This document shows, piece by piece, positions 41,078 to 51,886 of a DNA stretch of 64,000 nt. Positions within the stretch are counted from its first letter, which is position 1. Every line of letters starts with the position of its first letter. Source of the stretch: an uncultured Gammaproteobacteria bacterium. GTDB lineage: Bacteria; Pseudomonadota; Gammaproteobacteria; JACCXJ01. Both the position numbers and the translations under genes were made by a program. The notes below the pieces were generated by a model that worked only from the letters and a program-made list of their open reading frames with translations, was not told where the DNA came from and searched no databases. The stretch covers positions 192,001-256,000 of the forward strand of contig CAVXTM010000018.1 in NCBI GenBank assembly GCA_963764725.1, read 5' to 3'.

Positions 41078-42319
41078 TTAGGTGAACCTCGGGAGCAACG
41101 GTCCGCCAACTGGAGTCATCGAACGGAAGCCGCTCGAATCCACGAAGAATAGCAGACCACCGAAGCGGCTGTCCGGATCGTAGATCACGTCGGCGATACG
41201 CTCATTTTCCCAAGCCGCATCGGTGCCCGTTATGGTCAACAATTTAGACTGTCCCGGCTGTATCGGGGTATTGTCGTCGACCGACAAACCTTCCGGCGCG
41301 AGCAACTGCGGCGGATAGTTGGTCGTGTCCTTATACACCGATCCGTTCAGGAAGCGAATGCCCGCCGTCTCGAACTCCGCCACCTGGATGGGGTTCGTGC
41401 CGCGGTTGTTGACCCGCACCTTCAGGACGACGGAACGACCGGGAACACGGTAAGTCGCTTGCTCCACCGTGGCCTCCACCGCAGGTGTACCCTCGGGTAT
41501 CGGATTCATCACGCCGATGACGCCCGCCTGCAGCGGTATCGTGATCGGATATTGGCTATTACCCGAATTGTAGCCGAACCAGGTGATCACGATCGTCGCC
41601 ACCATGAACCCTAAACCTACCTTCACATCGGTGGGCGAAACGATGCTCTCATCCCCAGCCTGCCGTGCCATAAAACGTGGAACGAATAGGGGTTTGGCCG
41701 CCCAATACGCGATCCACGCGATGCCGAAGAATATCCAGAAGAAGCTCCATCCCCAGATGCCTGCCGTGCCCACCTTCTCGATGTCTTCGGTGTTGCCGGT
41801 GAGCGTGGTGATAATGTGTTTATAGTCTGACATGTTACCTTCGATCTGCACCCACTTGCCGGGACCGATGATCGGACCCGCGGCCTCCACGTTCATCATG
41901 GTATGGACGTGCCAACGGCCGGGACGGCGCGCTTGCATCACCACCTTGAACATGTAGTTCTTGCCGAGCTCCAGGTTGACTGAACGCGGTACGAACTGCC
42001 CGCCGATATACGACTCGACGCGCGTCAATACCGGTCCGGGAATACCGATGTTCAGGAACGCCGGTGAGGTTTCGGGGTTGGCCGTGGTTTCCGGCCAGTT
42101 CTTGAACACGTGTATCTTACCGGACACGGTCATCTTCTCGTTCACGCGGAGCTTGTCCGTCGACCAGTTCAGGTCATACCAATGGAGGGTCCTCATCCGC
42201 AGGAACGCTTGCTGCGACTTTTCGCCATGCGCCGACGCTTCCGGTGCATAGAGACTCGTCGCGGCCACGGCTACGGCTAAGCCCGCCGCGGCCCAGGTTC
42301 TTATTGCTGATTTACTCAT
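41078..42319 (-). CDS. pmoB: Particulate methane monooxygenase subunit B
   Basis: AHGEKSQQAFLRMRTLHWYD, WHVHTM, YRVPGR and YDPDSRFGGLLFF motifs. Confidence 0.96.
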   Translation of the reverse strand: MSKSAIRTWAAAGLAVAVAATSLYAPEASAHGEKSQQAFLRMRTLHWYDLNWSTDKLRVNEKMTVSGKIHVFKNWPETTANPETSPAFLNIGIPGPVLTRVESYIGGQFVPRSVNLELGKNYMFKVVMQARRPGRWHVHTMMNVEAAGPIIGPGKWVQIEGNMSDYKHIITTLTGNTEDIEKVGTAGIWGWSFFWIFFGIAWIAYWAAKPLFVPRFMARQAGDESIVSPTDVKVGLGFMVATIVITWFGYNSGNSQYPITIPLQAGVIGVMNPIPEGTPAVEATVEQATYRVPGRSVVLKVRVNNRGTNPIQVAEFETAGIRFLNGSVYKDTTNYPPQLLAPEGLSVDDNTPIQPGQSKLLTITGTDAAWENERIADVIYDPDSRFGGLLFFVDSSGFRSMTPVGGPLLPRFT

Positions 42320-42377
42320 GTTATTGCCTCGTCTGTATTTTAATTTATGACGTTTTTTCCGCCCTACTTCGATCCGC

Positions 42378-43121
42378 TTAATATTGATCTATGAACCTGG
42401 TCGTGGAGTACCAGCGGCCGAAGAAATGCCAGATAAAGTAGATGAGTATACAAATGAACCCTGAGAAGAATGCCGACACCGGCACCACGTCCTTCCCGAA
42501 GGTTCGCAACGTCCCTTTCTCGACGAAGCGGATGTACTCCGGCGTACCCGTGCGGACATAATGATAGCCTTGTATGTCGGCGATCGTCATGACCATACCG
42601 TTATACTCGACCGGCTGATGCAAGACGGCCAGCATCGACCAATTGCCCGGGTAGAATATCAGACCAAAGGCGAGGCCGCCGACGACGGCCGTGATCAAGA
42701 AGCTCTTCGACCACAGCAAGATTACGTCAAGGATGATCGCCCCTGGCACCAGCGTGGCTGCCCAGACGAAGTTGATCGGGAAATAGGTCCAACCCCAGAA
42801 ATTGAAATACCTATTAACCCACTCGCCGAAGAGCAGGCCCAGGATGGTGAAGGTCGCACCCAAGGGTAGGCGCAGTTTGTCCCACATCCAATACTGCACC
42901 GCTGCAGGGAAGGTGATGCACATGATTGGCGTCACGGTCACCCACAGACGGCGATCCTTCCAGTCGGTCCAGAAGTCCCAGTCGCCCATGGTCAGCATGG
43001 CGTGGACGTGAAATCCGCCGGTGAACACCAGGAAGGACAGGGCAAGGACCAACCAATCCGCTGTCCTCGAGGCCTGGATGATCTCGGCCTTGGTAAATAC
43101 AGTTGGTGAGAGAGAACTCAT
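42378..43121 (-). CDS. pmoA: Particulate methane monooxygenase subunit A
   Basis: GDWDFWTDWKDRRLWVTVTP, NRYFNFWGWTYFP and YVRTGTPEY motifs. Confidence 0.96.
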   Translation of the reverse strand: MSSLSPTVFTKAEIIQASRTADWLVLALSFLVFTGGFHVHAMLTMGDWDFWTDWKDRRLWVTVTPIMCITFPAAVQYWMWDKLRLPLGATFTILGLLFGEWVNRYFNFWGWTYFPINFVWAATLVPGAIILDVILLWSKSFLITAVVGGLAFGLIFYPGNWSMLAVLHQPVEYNGMVMTIADIQGYHYVRTGTPEYIRFVEKGTLRTFGKDVVPVSAFFSGFICILIYFIWHFFGRWYSTTRFIDQY

Positions 43122-43316
43122 TATGTTTGCCTCCTCGTTTTGGAATTATTTTCTACTACTTACAACGCGAAAAGCCTTGTAGCCTCACGCTCCCGCTACC
43201 GGTGGTCGGTTTGGGAGCGGGCCGCTGCTCAGGGATCTCGTCGAGATCCCCTCCGCAACGGCCCATTCTCGCTACTCAGCTTTTCTTGTCGTTTTTTTTT
43301 CGGCGATGATCAGCCC

Positions 43317-44081
43317 TTAAGCACTCTTAAGCGCAGGTCCCGCCAGCTCGCTCAGGCGTCCGAAGATCTGTGACAACAGACCCATCAACCCAAGCGCCAT
43401 CCAGCCGAAGAACACGAAGCCATAGTGCAACGGGGCTACGAACAGTTCTTCCATCCACCAGAAGGTATGACCCCACTCGTTGAGGCCGACGTTCGGTAGA
43501 ATCATGAAGGGCCCGACCACTACGACCAGGTAGGGCAAGGACACACCCTTTGAGAACATCGGTATCCTTGTGCGAGCATACATGAACGCGCCCCAACCCG
43601 TGATGATGTAGATCGGGTAGCTCATATAGAACTCGATGACATGGCTTGGGGTGAAGTCCGTGTCACGGATCACCGTTTGATGCCAGGTTCCATCCTGCTC
43701 GGTGTAGAAGCTGGCGCCCCAGTAAATCGCGATTCCGTAGGCCAACAACCATACCAAGTGATGGAAGTGCCGATGCATTTCCTCGCGTGGCGTTACCGCG
43801 TCCATATCCCGAGTACGGGTCTTCCACAGGAAGGCACCGATATAGGAGAAGAACACGATCTCCAGGACCCATTCCGTGTATAAGAAATTCATCCAATAAG
43901 TCTTAAACTCAGGCGCGAAAGCGTCCAGCCCGGCCGACCACCCGTAAACCTCTTCATACCAGCGCACAAAGAGATTAAAGAAGGTGAATCCGCCGATCAT
44001 CAGCCACAGATTCCTGTGATTGAGGAAACCGGCCTTTTCCGCGGTTACAGCTCTTGATATAGCACTAGATGATGCTGCCAT
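43317..44081 (-). CDS. pmoC: Particulate methane monooxygenase subunit C
   Basis: EQDGTWHQT..RDTDFTPSH and NEWGHTFW.MEELF.APLH motifs; GGAGG RBS. Confidence 0.96.
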   Translation of the reverse strand: MAASSSAISRAVTAEKAGFLNHRNLWLMIGGFTFFNLFVRWYEEVYGWSAGLDAFAPEFKTYWMNFLYTEWVLEIVFFSYIGAFLWKTRTRDMDAVTPREEMHRHFHHLVWLLAYGIAIYWGASFYTEQDGTWHQTVIRDTDFTPSHVIEFYMSYPIYIITGWGAFMYARTRIPMFSKGVSLPYLVVVVGPFMILPNVGLNEWGHTFWWMEELFVAPLHYGFVFFGWMALGLMGLLSQIFGRLSELAGPALKSA

Positions 44082-44216
44082 TTTATTGCCTCCTACTTTT
44101 TGGTTTACTACCCACTCCAACCCGGCGCTGCCCCGGGTGTGAAGTTCTTCTCTCGGCTTTAGTATTTGTCCCGCTCTGTCTCGACGCTGAGATAAAAGAA
44201 CGCCGAAGATTGAATA

Positions 44217-44244
44217 AGTCTACCAAGCCAGGCAAGTATGTCAA
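44217..44244 (-). promoter_or_regulatory. Sigma70-type promoter of pmoCAB
   Basis: TTGACA-N16-TAGACT, with TG upstream of the -10. Confidence 0.65.
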
Positions 44245-44468
44245 GCGAGCCAAACGCATATTTCCACACGGTCGAAACCGCGCGGTTGCTTACCTGTTTT
44301 CCTGCCGAGAAACACATTATAAGGCTAATTGGTGATGGATTAACGACTTGGAAGATCCTAGAAATCAGGTCGCTCAGCGTAGATGCGGTAGCGGGCTCGC
44401 AAGCCTTTTCCGGGACGGGAAAAGTAAACGAAATTTAATCTTGTATGTAATCCCACGGGCACGGGGAC

Positions 44469-44903
44469 TCAGGCCGTGGCGATGTAGTCCCGGAGCGCGC
44501 TCGCCTCGGCTTCGATTTCTTCCATGCGGCCTTTCACGGCGTCACCCACGCTTACAATCCCGCACAGCCGCCCGTCCTTATCGGTGACCGGGAGGTGCCG
44601 GACGCGGCGATCCGTCATCATCGCCATGACCTTGAGCAGGGAGTCTTGAAGGCTGCAGGTCACGACGTCGATGTGCATTAGCGCGTCGATTGGCATAAGC
44701 AGTACTTCCGCACCATGCGCGGAAAGCCCGTGCACGATATCGCGCTCGGAGAGCACCGCCCGCGGGCGTTGTTGGGGATCGCAGACGACAATCGCGCCGA
44801 TACGCTCCCGCATCAGCAGCTTGGCGGCATCGGCGATCGTCTCATCCGCGCCTACCGTGACGACGCGCGCGCCCTTGGTCCGAAGAATATCTTCTACTTT
44901 CAT
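44469..44903 (-). CDS. CBS-pair protein
   Basis: IGAIVV, SERDIV, RVRHLPV and GIVSVGDAVK motifs. Confidence 0.9.
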   Translation of the reverse strand: MKVEDILRTKGARVVTVGADETIADAAKLLMRERIGAIVVCDPQQRPRAVLSERDIVHGLSAHGAEVLLMPIDALMHIDVVTCSLQDSLLKVMAMMTDRRVRHLPVTDKDGRLCGIVSVGDAVKGRMEEIEAEASALRDYIATA

Positions 44904-45027
44904 ACGCTACCCCGCTCGGCACCCACCGTGCCTATCTGGTGTTGTTTTAGCACAAATCGGCTGCGATTCCGCTCAAGAATATCGCGGCAAACGATTATAA
45001 ACCGCCGGACGGGTGCGGAGGAGGCGA

Positions 45028-46191
45028 TCAAGAAGAGATTACGCTCGTATAAACCCGCTCGAAATCCTCGACCACACGCTCGGCATCGTAGGTCCGTACC
45101 GATTCGCGCGCGTATTCACCCATTCTTTCGCGCCGTCCAGCGTCTAACAGCAACGTGGCAATGCCCCCGGCCAGCGCGCGCGGATTGCCGGGCTCTACGA
45201 TGAACCCATTGCCGCCTTGGCGCAGGATCTCCGGTACCCCGCCGGCGTTCGCGCCGACAACCGGCAGGCCCAAGGCCATCGCTTCCAGAAACACCAGCGG
45301 CTGCACCTCGGTGGTGGATGCGGAAGCAAAGACATCAGCGGCGGCGATGTGGTCCACGAGGTCCTGCCCAGTTAATATTCCCGCCCAGATCACATGGTCC
45401 GCTAACCCCAGCGCGTGGCCCAGGGCCTCCAAGTGGGAGCGGTCCTTACCGTCCCCGATCACCAAAAGGTGGGCATCCACGCCGTTTTGCCTCAGGTGAC
45501 TAAAGGCCTCAAGTAAAACATCCACGCTTTTTTGCTGCACCAGCCGCCCGACGTGAACGGCCGTTGGCCGGGTCATGCCGAAACGGCGCTTAAGGTCCGG
45601 TTTCGACGCGCTCCCCGAAAAGCACTTTAGACTGATCGGGTTGGAGACGACGTGCACCGGCTGCCGCATTCTGTGGCCGAGAAGCTCCCGCTTTAGGGCT
45701 TCGGCGGGCGTGATGACGGCGTTGCAGCGGTTGTAATAGAAGGCTAGATACCGCCGGGTGAGATCCTTTGCAAGCGCGAAATCGAGCCCGAAGTTATTTA
45801 GGTACTCGGCGAGAAACCCGTGATGGGATCCGACGAGCGGGCATTTCAACAGCTTCGCAACCCACACCGCCTCCACGCCCATCGTAAAGATCGTATGCAG
45901 ATGAATAACATCCGCTTGGAAACGGCGCACGGCGTTCAGCGGTCCCACCAGCGAGGGCACGCGCGCCTGAATATGCGCGAATCCCGGAAGGGCCACGGAG
46001 GGAAACGGGTGAACCGGGATGCGCGCATCCAGATCGGACGTCGCGTGACCGTTCGCGAGCTTACTCACATCCATCGTAAAAACCGCCACGGAATGGCCGC
46101 GTTCCACCAACTGGTTGGCGGTTGTTACGATCGATCGGACCACTCCATTGATCTGGGGCAGAAACGTGTCGGTAAAAATCGCGATTCGCAT
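45028..46191 (-). CDS. GT4 glycosyltransferase (glycolipid synthase-like)
   Basis: MRIAIFTDTFLPQINGV, GRL..QK and EVQPLVFLEAMA motifs. Confidence 0.9.
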   Translation of the reverse strand: MRIAIFTDTFLPQINGVVRSIVTTANQLVERGHSVAVFTMDVSKLANGHATSDLDARIPVHPFPSVALPGFAHIQARVPSLVGPLNAVRRFQADVIHLHTIFTMGVEAVWVAKLLKCPLVGSHHGFLAEYLNNFGLDFALAKDLTRRYLAFYYNRCNAVITPAEALKRELLGHRMRQPVHVVSNPISLKCFSGSASKPDLKRRFGMTRPTAVHVGRLVQQKSVDVLLEAFSHLRQNGVDAHLLVIGDGKDRSHLEALGHALGLADHVIWAGILTGQDLVDHIAAADVFASASTTEVQPLVFLEAMALGLPVVGANAGGVPEILRQGGNGFIVEPGNPRALAGGIATLLLDAGRRERMGEYARESVRTYDAERVVEDFERVYTSVISS

Positions 46192-46228
46192 CGTGTATTC
46201 GAGTCCCGGATCAGCGCGACTTGACACC

Positions 46229-49160
46229 TCAAGCGGATCCCAATTCTAGCTGGTCGTTTAGATTCTGACACGAGCGGTACAAGGTGAGCACCTCGGGCGC
46301 CGCGGAAAACGAGGCGATCACCTGCTCGAAGGGGCACCCCGGGGCGAGCAGCTGCGGCAACTCTTGCGACAGCTCCAAGATATGCACGCCATGCTTTCTC
46401 GCCGCCACCAGATAATACAGATAATGCACGGCGCGGATGGCGAGCTTGGGGTCTTGCAAGGCGTCGAGAATGGGGGTCAGGAAGGCGAGCTGCAATGAAC
46501 GTGAGCGCGTGTCCACGAGCCATTGATCGCCTTGCCGGCAGCACACCATTGGCAGAGCCTTGATGGTCTCGGGGTCGCTGAAACCGATCTCGGGCCACGG
46601 CGTCTCCGGAGCGAGCATGCCGAATAATCCGGCGAACGCTTTTTGATAGCACCAGGCGAGGCTGGATGCCACCGCATCGTCAACCGGCGCGGTCTCGGGA
46701 TTCGAAAAAACACGCAGCTTCGGTAAGAGCGCCCGGCGAATATCGCCGACAGAGGCGTCTCCGGGGCCATTCACCAGCACCCGGTAGCCCAAACCGGCAA
46801 TGAGCACGACCCGCGAAAGGGCCTCGAAACGCGGCAATTCATCGAGCAGGCGCTGGAGCGCTCGCGGCTCGATTCCCGTCTGCGTCCAGGCCAGGAACGC
46901 GATGAGGTTGCCCGTGATGTAGGTGTTTCCGGAGTGCCGCCAGGCCTCCAGCACCGCGGCGGCCCGTTCCTCGGTAATGGTCTCGCCGCGGAAGCACTCT
47001 CCCGCCATGCGGTAGATATGGGAGTTGAACGCGGTGACACCGAAGTCCTCAACATTTCGCCAGCGTAGACACAGGACAAAGTACTGGGCCAGGAGAAACT
47101 CCTGCCAACTTCGGTGACTGAAACGCACGTTGTTCGGGCCCGTCGACACGAACACCGTGCGTTGCAGAATGGCTCCCGCTCCCTCGGCAACCTGGCGGAA
47201 TCCGGCGATGATATCGGCGGTCTCCGCTCAGGACCCCCAGCGTGCGAAAATGCCCTTCCCAGCGTTCCCCCGCCCTCTTCGCTTCCTCGCTTAACGCCCC
47301 CGCGTCGGCCTCGCCGCGATGGGTGGAGAAAAACAGCCAGGCGATCAAGCTGAGCGCATGGAGCAAGTGGTCGATCTCCGTCGCCTCGCGCCCTGGTAGG
47401 CGCAATCCGACGAGATTGCTGCGCCGTAACACCGTTCGGATCGTCTGGTCCATGATTGCGGCTGGGGTGAGCCATTGCGTCTGGCTGAGATCCTCCATTT
47501 CGGGTTCGAAGTTGGAAAGGATGAGCGGCGTGAGCACGAGATCCAGCAGGTTTCGGTCTTGCACGTACGGTAACCAGCCTTGGCAGGCTGGAAAAACCTC
47601 GCTTGCCTGGGCAATGCTGAGCCGCAAGACCTCATGCACGTCCTTGGGATCGCTCGCCAAGCGCTCCAGCCCGTGGAAACCGCTACGGATGGCGACCACC
47701 ACGGAGAACCGCCGGTTCTCACCATAGCGGGCGCACACGTTTCTCAACATAGCGACAAAGAACGACAATCCGATGGCGGGGTGATTGACCAGGAAATCAT
47801 CCACGCCGTCCAGAATCACCGCGGTGGCGCGGGTGTGAAATGATTGCTCGACCCAGCCGGTGTCGATCGGCTGATCGGGATAGAGACTGCGCGCCCAACG
47901 CGCCCACCAAGCCCATAATGCGTCCCAAGCGCTCTCGTCCAGCGCTTCCTCTTTCGCTAGATTAATCTGCTGCATAGGGATAAGCAGTGGGAAAGGCGTC
48001 TCATCGCGCGGATCGGCAAGGTAAAGTCGTCCTAGGCGCCAGGCCACCCTGCGTGCGACGGCCGACTTCCCGACGCCCGCTCCGCCAGTGATGACCAGGC
48101 GCTGCGAGCCTCCGCTACGCGCGAGGAGTTTATCAACGACCAGCTCGCAGACGTCGCTCTGACTTCCTTGTGAAACGCTACGTTTCTGCAGGGAAATGCG
48201 TCCGTCGGCCCGTTCATCGGGCTTCCCGATCAAGGTCTGTACTCCCGTGACACGATTCACCTCGGCGATCCGCATCAAGCTGCGTTCTACCAGGTCGAGC
48301 GCGAAATGGCGGATATAGCGGCCAGCGAACCGCGCCGTAATCGTCACTATCGGATCATTCGCGTGCTTCGGCACCTTGACGGAACCGTGGGTACCGCGAA
48401 AATAGATGTTGCGTTCCTGAGGATTCGCCTCGATGGGAACGGAAAGGTCCGATTTGGCGAATAAATCGTGGACTACAGGGGCAGGAAGATCCAATGCTGC
48501 TGCGTGCTGTATTTGCCCGATGAATTCGCGCTCCAGCGCAAGCAACCAAGGGTTTTGTCTGCGCAACGCCGGTAAGATGTCGTTTCTGCCCCAGTCCTTA
48601 TCGCCCTGGGTGATGAACCGCACGCCGTAGAGAAACGGCAGCAAGACCGGGTAAAGGATAAGCTTATAGAGCCAAGCGCCACCGCCGGTTAGGATGCGAG
48701 AGCCGCCCGCATGCGGGACCGCGATATTGATCACCCTCCGAGTGCGTAACCATACCGATTGCGAGCTGGCGAAGTCGAAGCGCCGATTCTGCATTTGCTC
48801 TTGAATTGCCCGGTAAGCATCGCGCAACATATGCTTGACGACCAGTCCGCCGGTGCTGTGGGTGACGAATAAGAGGTGACGATAATCGCCGAATTGCGTC
48901 TCCAGCCAAGTCCGCAAATCGTCGGATGCTTGAGGAATGCTGCTCCGCTGCCAGAGCTGCGCCGGATACTGGAACGAGGCCACCTCCGTGTCCTGTCCCG
49001 CGGTTTCGAGAACCCATTCGGGCATTCGGCCCCACGTATCGCTACAGTCCCCGAAGATGCCGTGTGCGAAAACGATCAGCACCCCCGGGCCTCGCCCACC
49101 GCTTCGGCGCACGGGGGTGTGCACCACGCCATAGCGGCCCGTCTCGGTCCAAAAGCTCAT
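46229..49160 (-). pseudogene. Alpha/beta-hydrolase plus NACHT (STAND) NTPase, about 975 aa, split by a frameshift near 47230
   Basis: HGIFG and HSTGG; Walker A GGAGVGKS; Walker B ILDGVDD; the second frame continues AETADII...FSHRSWQEFLLA. Confidence 0.75.
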
Positions 49161-49188
49161 GTCAGACCGCCTTGCCGCCCGCCCTCAT

Positions 49189-49213
49189 AAAAAAGGGAGG
49201 CAAGTTGCCTCCC
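49189..49213 (-). terminator. Intrinsic terminator after the outer-membrane protein gene
   Basis: GGGAGGCAA..TTGCCTCCC followed by T6 on the minus strand. Confidence 0.75.
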
Positions 49214-49240
49214 TCTCTCCCTCTTAAATGTAACAACGGA

Positions 49241-50287
49241 TTAGAAGGTGAACCCGAGATAACCACCGATGGTCCAGAAATCGAAGTCTTTGTCCGTACT
49301 GCCGAAATTAGCTTGACTAAGTAGAGGAGCGAGGGCCGGGGTTTGAGAAATTTCCCTTCTCAGCACCGCCTCGGTATCGTTCTCCGTGTTGCTTATGCCG
49401 GCCACCAGGTGGTAACGGCCGTCGATCCCGAACTTGAGCCCGGGGATGATCTCGTACTCGACACCGGCCCCGAACTGCACCCCGACGTCAAGGTAGGTTG
49501 CTCCGTCCGAGGGCGGGCTGATGACATGGAAATCGAGCCCCGCGGGGATGATCCAAGGCCGGAGCTTGCTGCCTTGCATGAACTTGATCTTGGGCGAGGC
49601 GCTCACGGTGAACATCGTTTGCACCTGATCACCCGTGATCAAGCAATCGCCAGGGCCGTTAAGCTGCAAGACACCGAAGTGTGGCTGGCCCGTCAGCAGC
49701 GAGCACTCGGCGGCGGGCACGACGAGCACCGCGTCCTCGCCCCCGAAGTTTTTATACTCGAGGCTGATCTCACCGAGGGCCTCGGCACCCGGAAAGAGCC
49801 CCCAGAGGTCATCGGTCATGCTATGCTCGATAGCGGCACCGACATACCAGCCATCCTTCGCATCTTGCGACGGAAAGCCCAACAGATCGGCGAATCCATC
49901 CACGTTATGGACATCCGTGAACGACTCGAATCCGCGCGCATCGCCCACGTAGTCCGTGTAACCGCCGCGGAAGAACACCAGGTTCTTATTCGTGCGTTTC
50001 GGCGGCGCCGTCTCGACCTTGGTGACCCGCTCTTCCAGCGCCTTGTGCTCGCTCGTGTCCTGAGCGTCCATATCCTCCAGCTGTCGTTGCTGCGCGCCCT
50101 CACCCGCTCGCATATCCTGAAGCTCCTGCTGCAGCGCCCTCATCTCCTCCTGCATCTTTTGCAGGCGATGCTGCAACTCGCCCACCCGATCCTGGGCGGC
50201 TGCCGTTTGCGGATAGACAGACGCTACCGCCGGTAACGCGAGCCCGGCGACCATACCGTGTAATAAATTTTCCCACCCTCGTTTCAT
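49241..50287 (-). CDS. Outer-membrane beta-barrel protein with N-terminal coiled coil
   Basis: Signal peptide, Q/E-rich coil, amphipathic strands, C-terminal YLGFTF. Confidence 0.8.
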   Translation of the reverse strand: MKRGWENLLHGMVAGLALPAVASVYPQTAAAQDRVGELQHRLQKMQEEMRALQQELQDMRAGEGAQQRQLEDMDAQDTSEHKALEERVTKVETAPPKRTNKNLVFFRGGYTDYVGDARGFESFTDVHNVDGFADLLGFPSQDAKDGWYVGAAIEHSMTDDLWGLFPGAEALGEISLEYKNFGGEDAVLVVPAAECSLLTGQPHFGVLQLNGPGDCLITGDQVQTMFTVSASPKIKFMQGSKLRPWIIPAGLDFHVISPPSDGATYLDVGVQFGAGVEYEIIPGLKFGIDGRYHLVAGISNTENDTEAVLRREISQTPALAPLLSQANFGSTDKDFDFWTIGGYLGFTF

Positions 50288-50503
50288 AGCGACCCCCTTG
50301 TTTATGTGAACCATAGCGCTTTGGTTTCTGTTGTAATAATGCTACATCGCCGATAAACCAAACGTAGGTGAACCTTAGCCTACAAAAAGCTCCGTGTATC
50401 TGTCAAGAGTGTTCAAAACCTACGCGACCCCGCTCCTGTTCATAGGTCATAAACAACACCCTGGCAGAAAACACACTTTCGCTGTTGGATCTATGCAACC
50501 CGC

Positions 50504-51877
50504 TCACAGGGCTTTCACCCCCTGGATGAGCTCCGAAGCCATCTTCTGTCCGTCCCCGTAGAGCATGCGGCAGTTGTCGGCGTAAAAGAGCGTGTTCTCG
50601 ACGCCCGAGAAGCCTGTCCCCCGGCCGCGCTTGATGACAATGACGTTCCTGGCCTTATCGGCATCGAGGATCGGCATTCCGTAGATGGGACTCGACTTGT
50701 TGGTGCGCGCATCGGGATTCACCACGTCGTTGGCACCGATAATCAAGGCCACGTCCGCTTGCGGAAACTCGGCATTGATTTCCTCGAGGTCATAAATCTT
50801 ATCGTAAGGCACCCCGGCCTCGGCCAACAGCACGTTCATATGCCCCGGCATACGGCCCGCCACCGGGTGGATGGCAAACTTGACCTTCACGCCACGCTCC
50901 TCCAAAAGCACGGTCAGTTCCCAGATCTTGTGCTGGGCCTGGGCTACGGCCATACCATATCCGGGAACGATGATTACCCTCTCCGCGAAGGCCATCATCA
51001 CCGCAACGTCGCTGGCCTCGATGGCCTTCATGCTGCCCGCCATCGCCTCCGTGCTTATTTGGGTCTCGACTGTGCCGAGACCGGAAAACAACACGTTGGT
51101 GAGCGAGCGGTTCATGGCCTTGGCCATCAATTGCGTGAGCAAGGTACCGGCCGCGCCCACCACGGTACCCGCGATGATCATGGCGGCGTTGTCGAGCACC
51201 AAGCCTTCGAAAGCAACCGCGAGTCCCGTCAAGGCGTTATAGAGCGAGATGAGCACCGGCATGTCCGCACCGCCGATGGGCATGGTCATGATCACGCCGA
51301 AAGCGAGCGCGAGCAGGAAAAACACCAGGATGATGGCAACGAACGGCTTGCCTATCACCATGAATAAACCGAGCGCCCCGAGAGCGCCCAGCACGTAGAT
51401 ATTAATCTGCTTTTGCTTGTCTTTCGGGAACAACCCACCGCGCTTGACCAGGTCCTGGAGCTTGCCGAAGGCAACCAGCGAGCCCGAGAACGACACGGCG
51501 CCGATCGCTCCACCGATCGCGGCGAGCCCGAGGGCGACAAAGCCATGCGTCTCGCCCTTCAGCAGCTCCACGGCGCCGATGGCCGCCGCGGCCCCCCCGC
51601 CCATGCCGTTGTACAAGGCGATCATCTCGGGCATCGCGGTCATCGGTACGCGTTTGCCCGAGACCCACGCGGCGCCGGAGCCGATCGCGATGGCCGTGAT
51701 CATCAGGAGGTAGTTCTGCATGCCGGACCAAAAGAAGGTGATGAGGATCGCGACCCCCATACCCGCGCCGGCCCACACGATCCCATCCCGTGCGGTAACG
51801 GGCGAGCTCATGCGCTTTAATCCCAGAATAAACAGGACCGCGGCGCTAAAGTAGGCGAGTTGGATGAGCGTATTCAT
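50504..51877 (-). CDS. pntB: NAD(P) transhydrogenase beta
   Basis: PIGGADMP, VPGYG, HPVAGRMPGHMNVLLAE and GANDVVNP motifs. Confidence 0.96.
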   Translation of the reverse strand: MNTLIQLAYFSAAVLFILGLKRMSSPVTARDGIVWAGAGMGVAILITFFWSGMQNYLLMITAIAIGSGAAWVSGKRVPMTAMPEMIALYNGMGGGAAAAIGAVELLKGETHGFVALGLAAIGGAIGAVSFSGSLVAFGKLQDLVKRGGLFPKDKQKQINIYVLGALGALGLFMVIGKPFVAIILVFFLLALAFGVIMTMPIGGADMPVLISLYNALTGLAVAFEGLVLDNAAMIIAGTVVGAAGTLLTQLMAKAMNRSLTNVLFSGLGTVETQISTEAMAGSMKAIEASDVAVMMAFAERVIIVPGYGMAVAQAQHKIWELTVLLEERGVKVKFAIHPVAGRMPGHMNVLLAEAGVPYDKIYDLEEINAEFPQADVALIIGANDVVNPDARTNKSSPIYGMPILDADKARNVIVIKRGRGTGFSGVENTLFYADNCRMLYGDGQKMASELIQGVKAL

Positions 51878-51886
51878 TGGTTTTCC

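Noticed and set aside
41078-44081. Ammonia monooxygenase or pxm assignment
   Set aside because: CAB order and FWGWTYFP/RLWVTVTP signatures favour pMMO; not fully excluded without a tree.
49343-50236. 297-aa plus-strand ORF and similar antisense ORFs over pst, pnt and MCO genes
   Set aside because: Expected shadow ORFs in GC-rich coding DNA.
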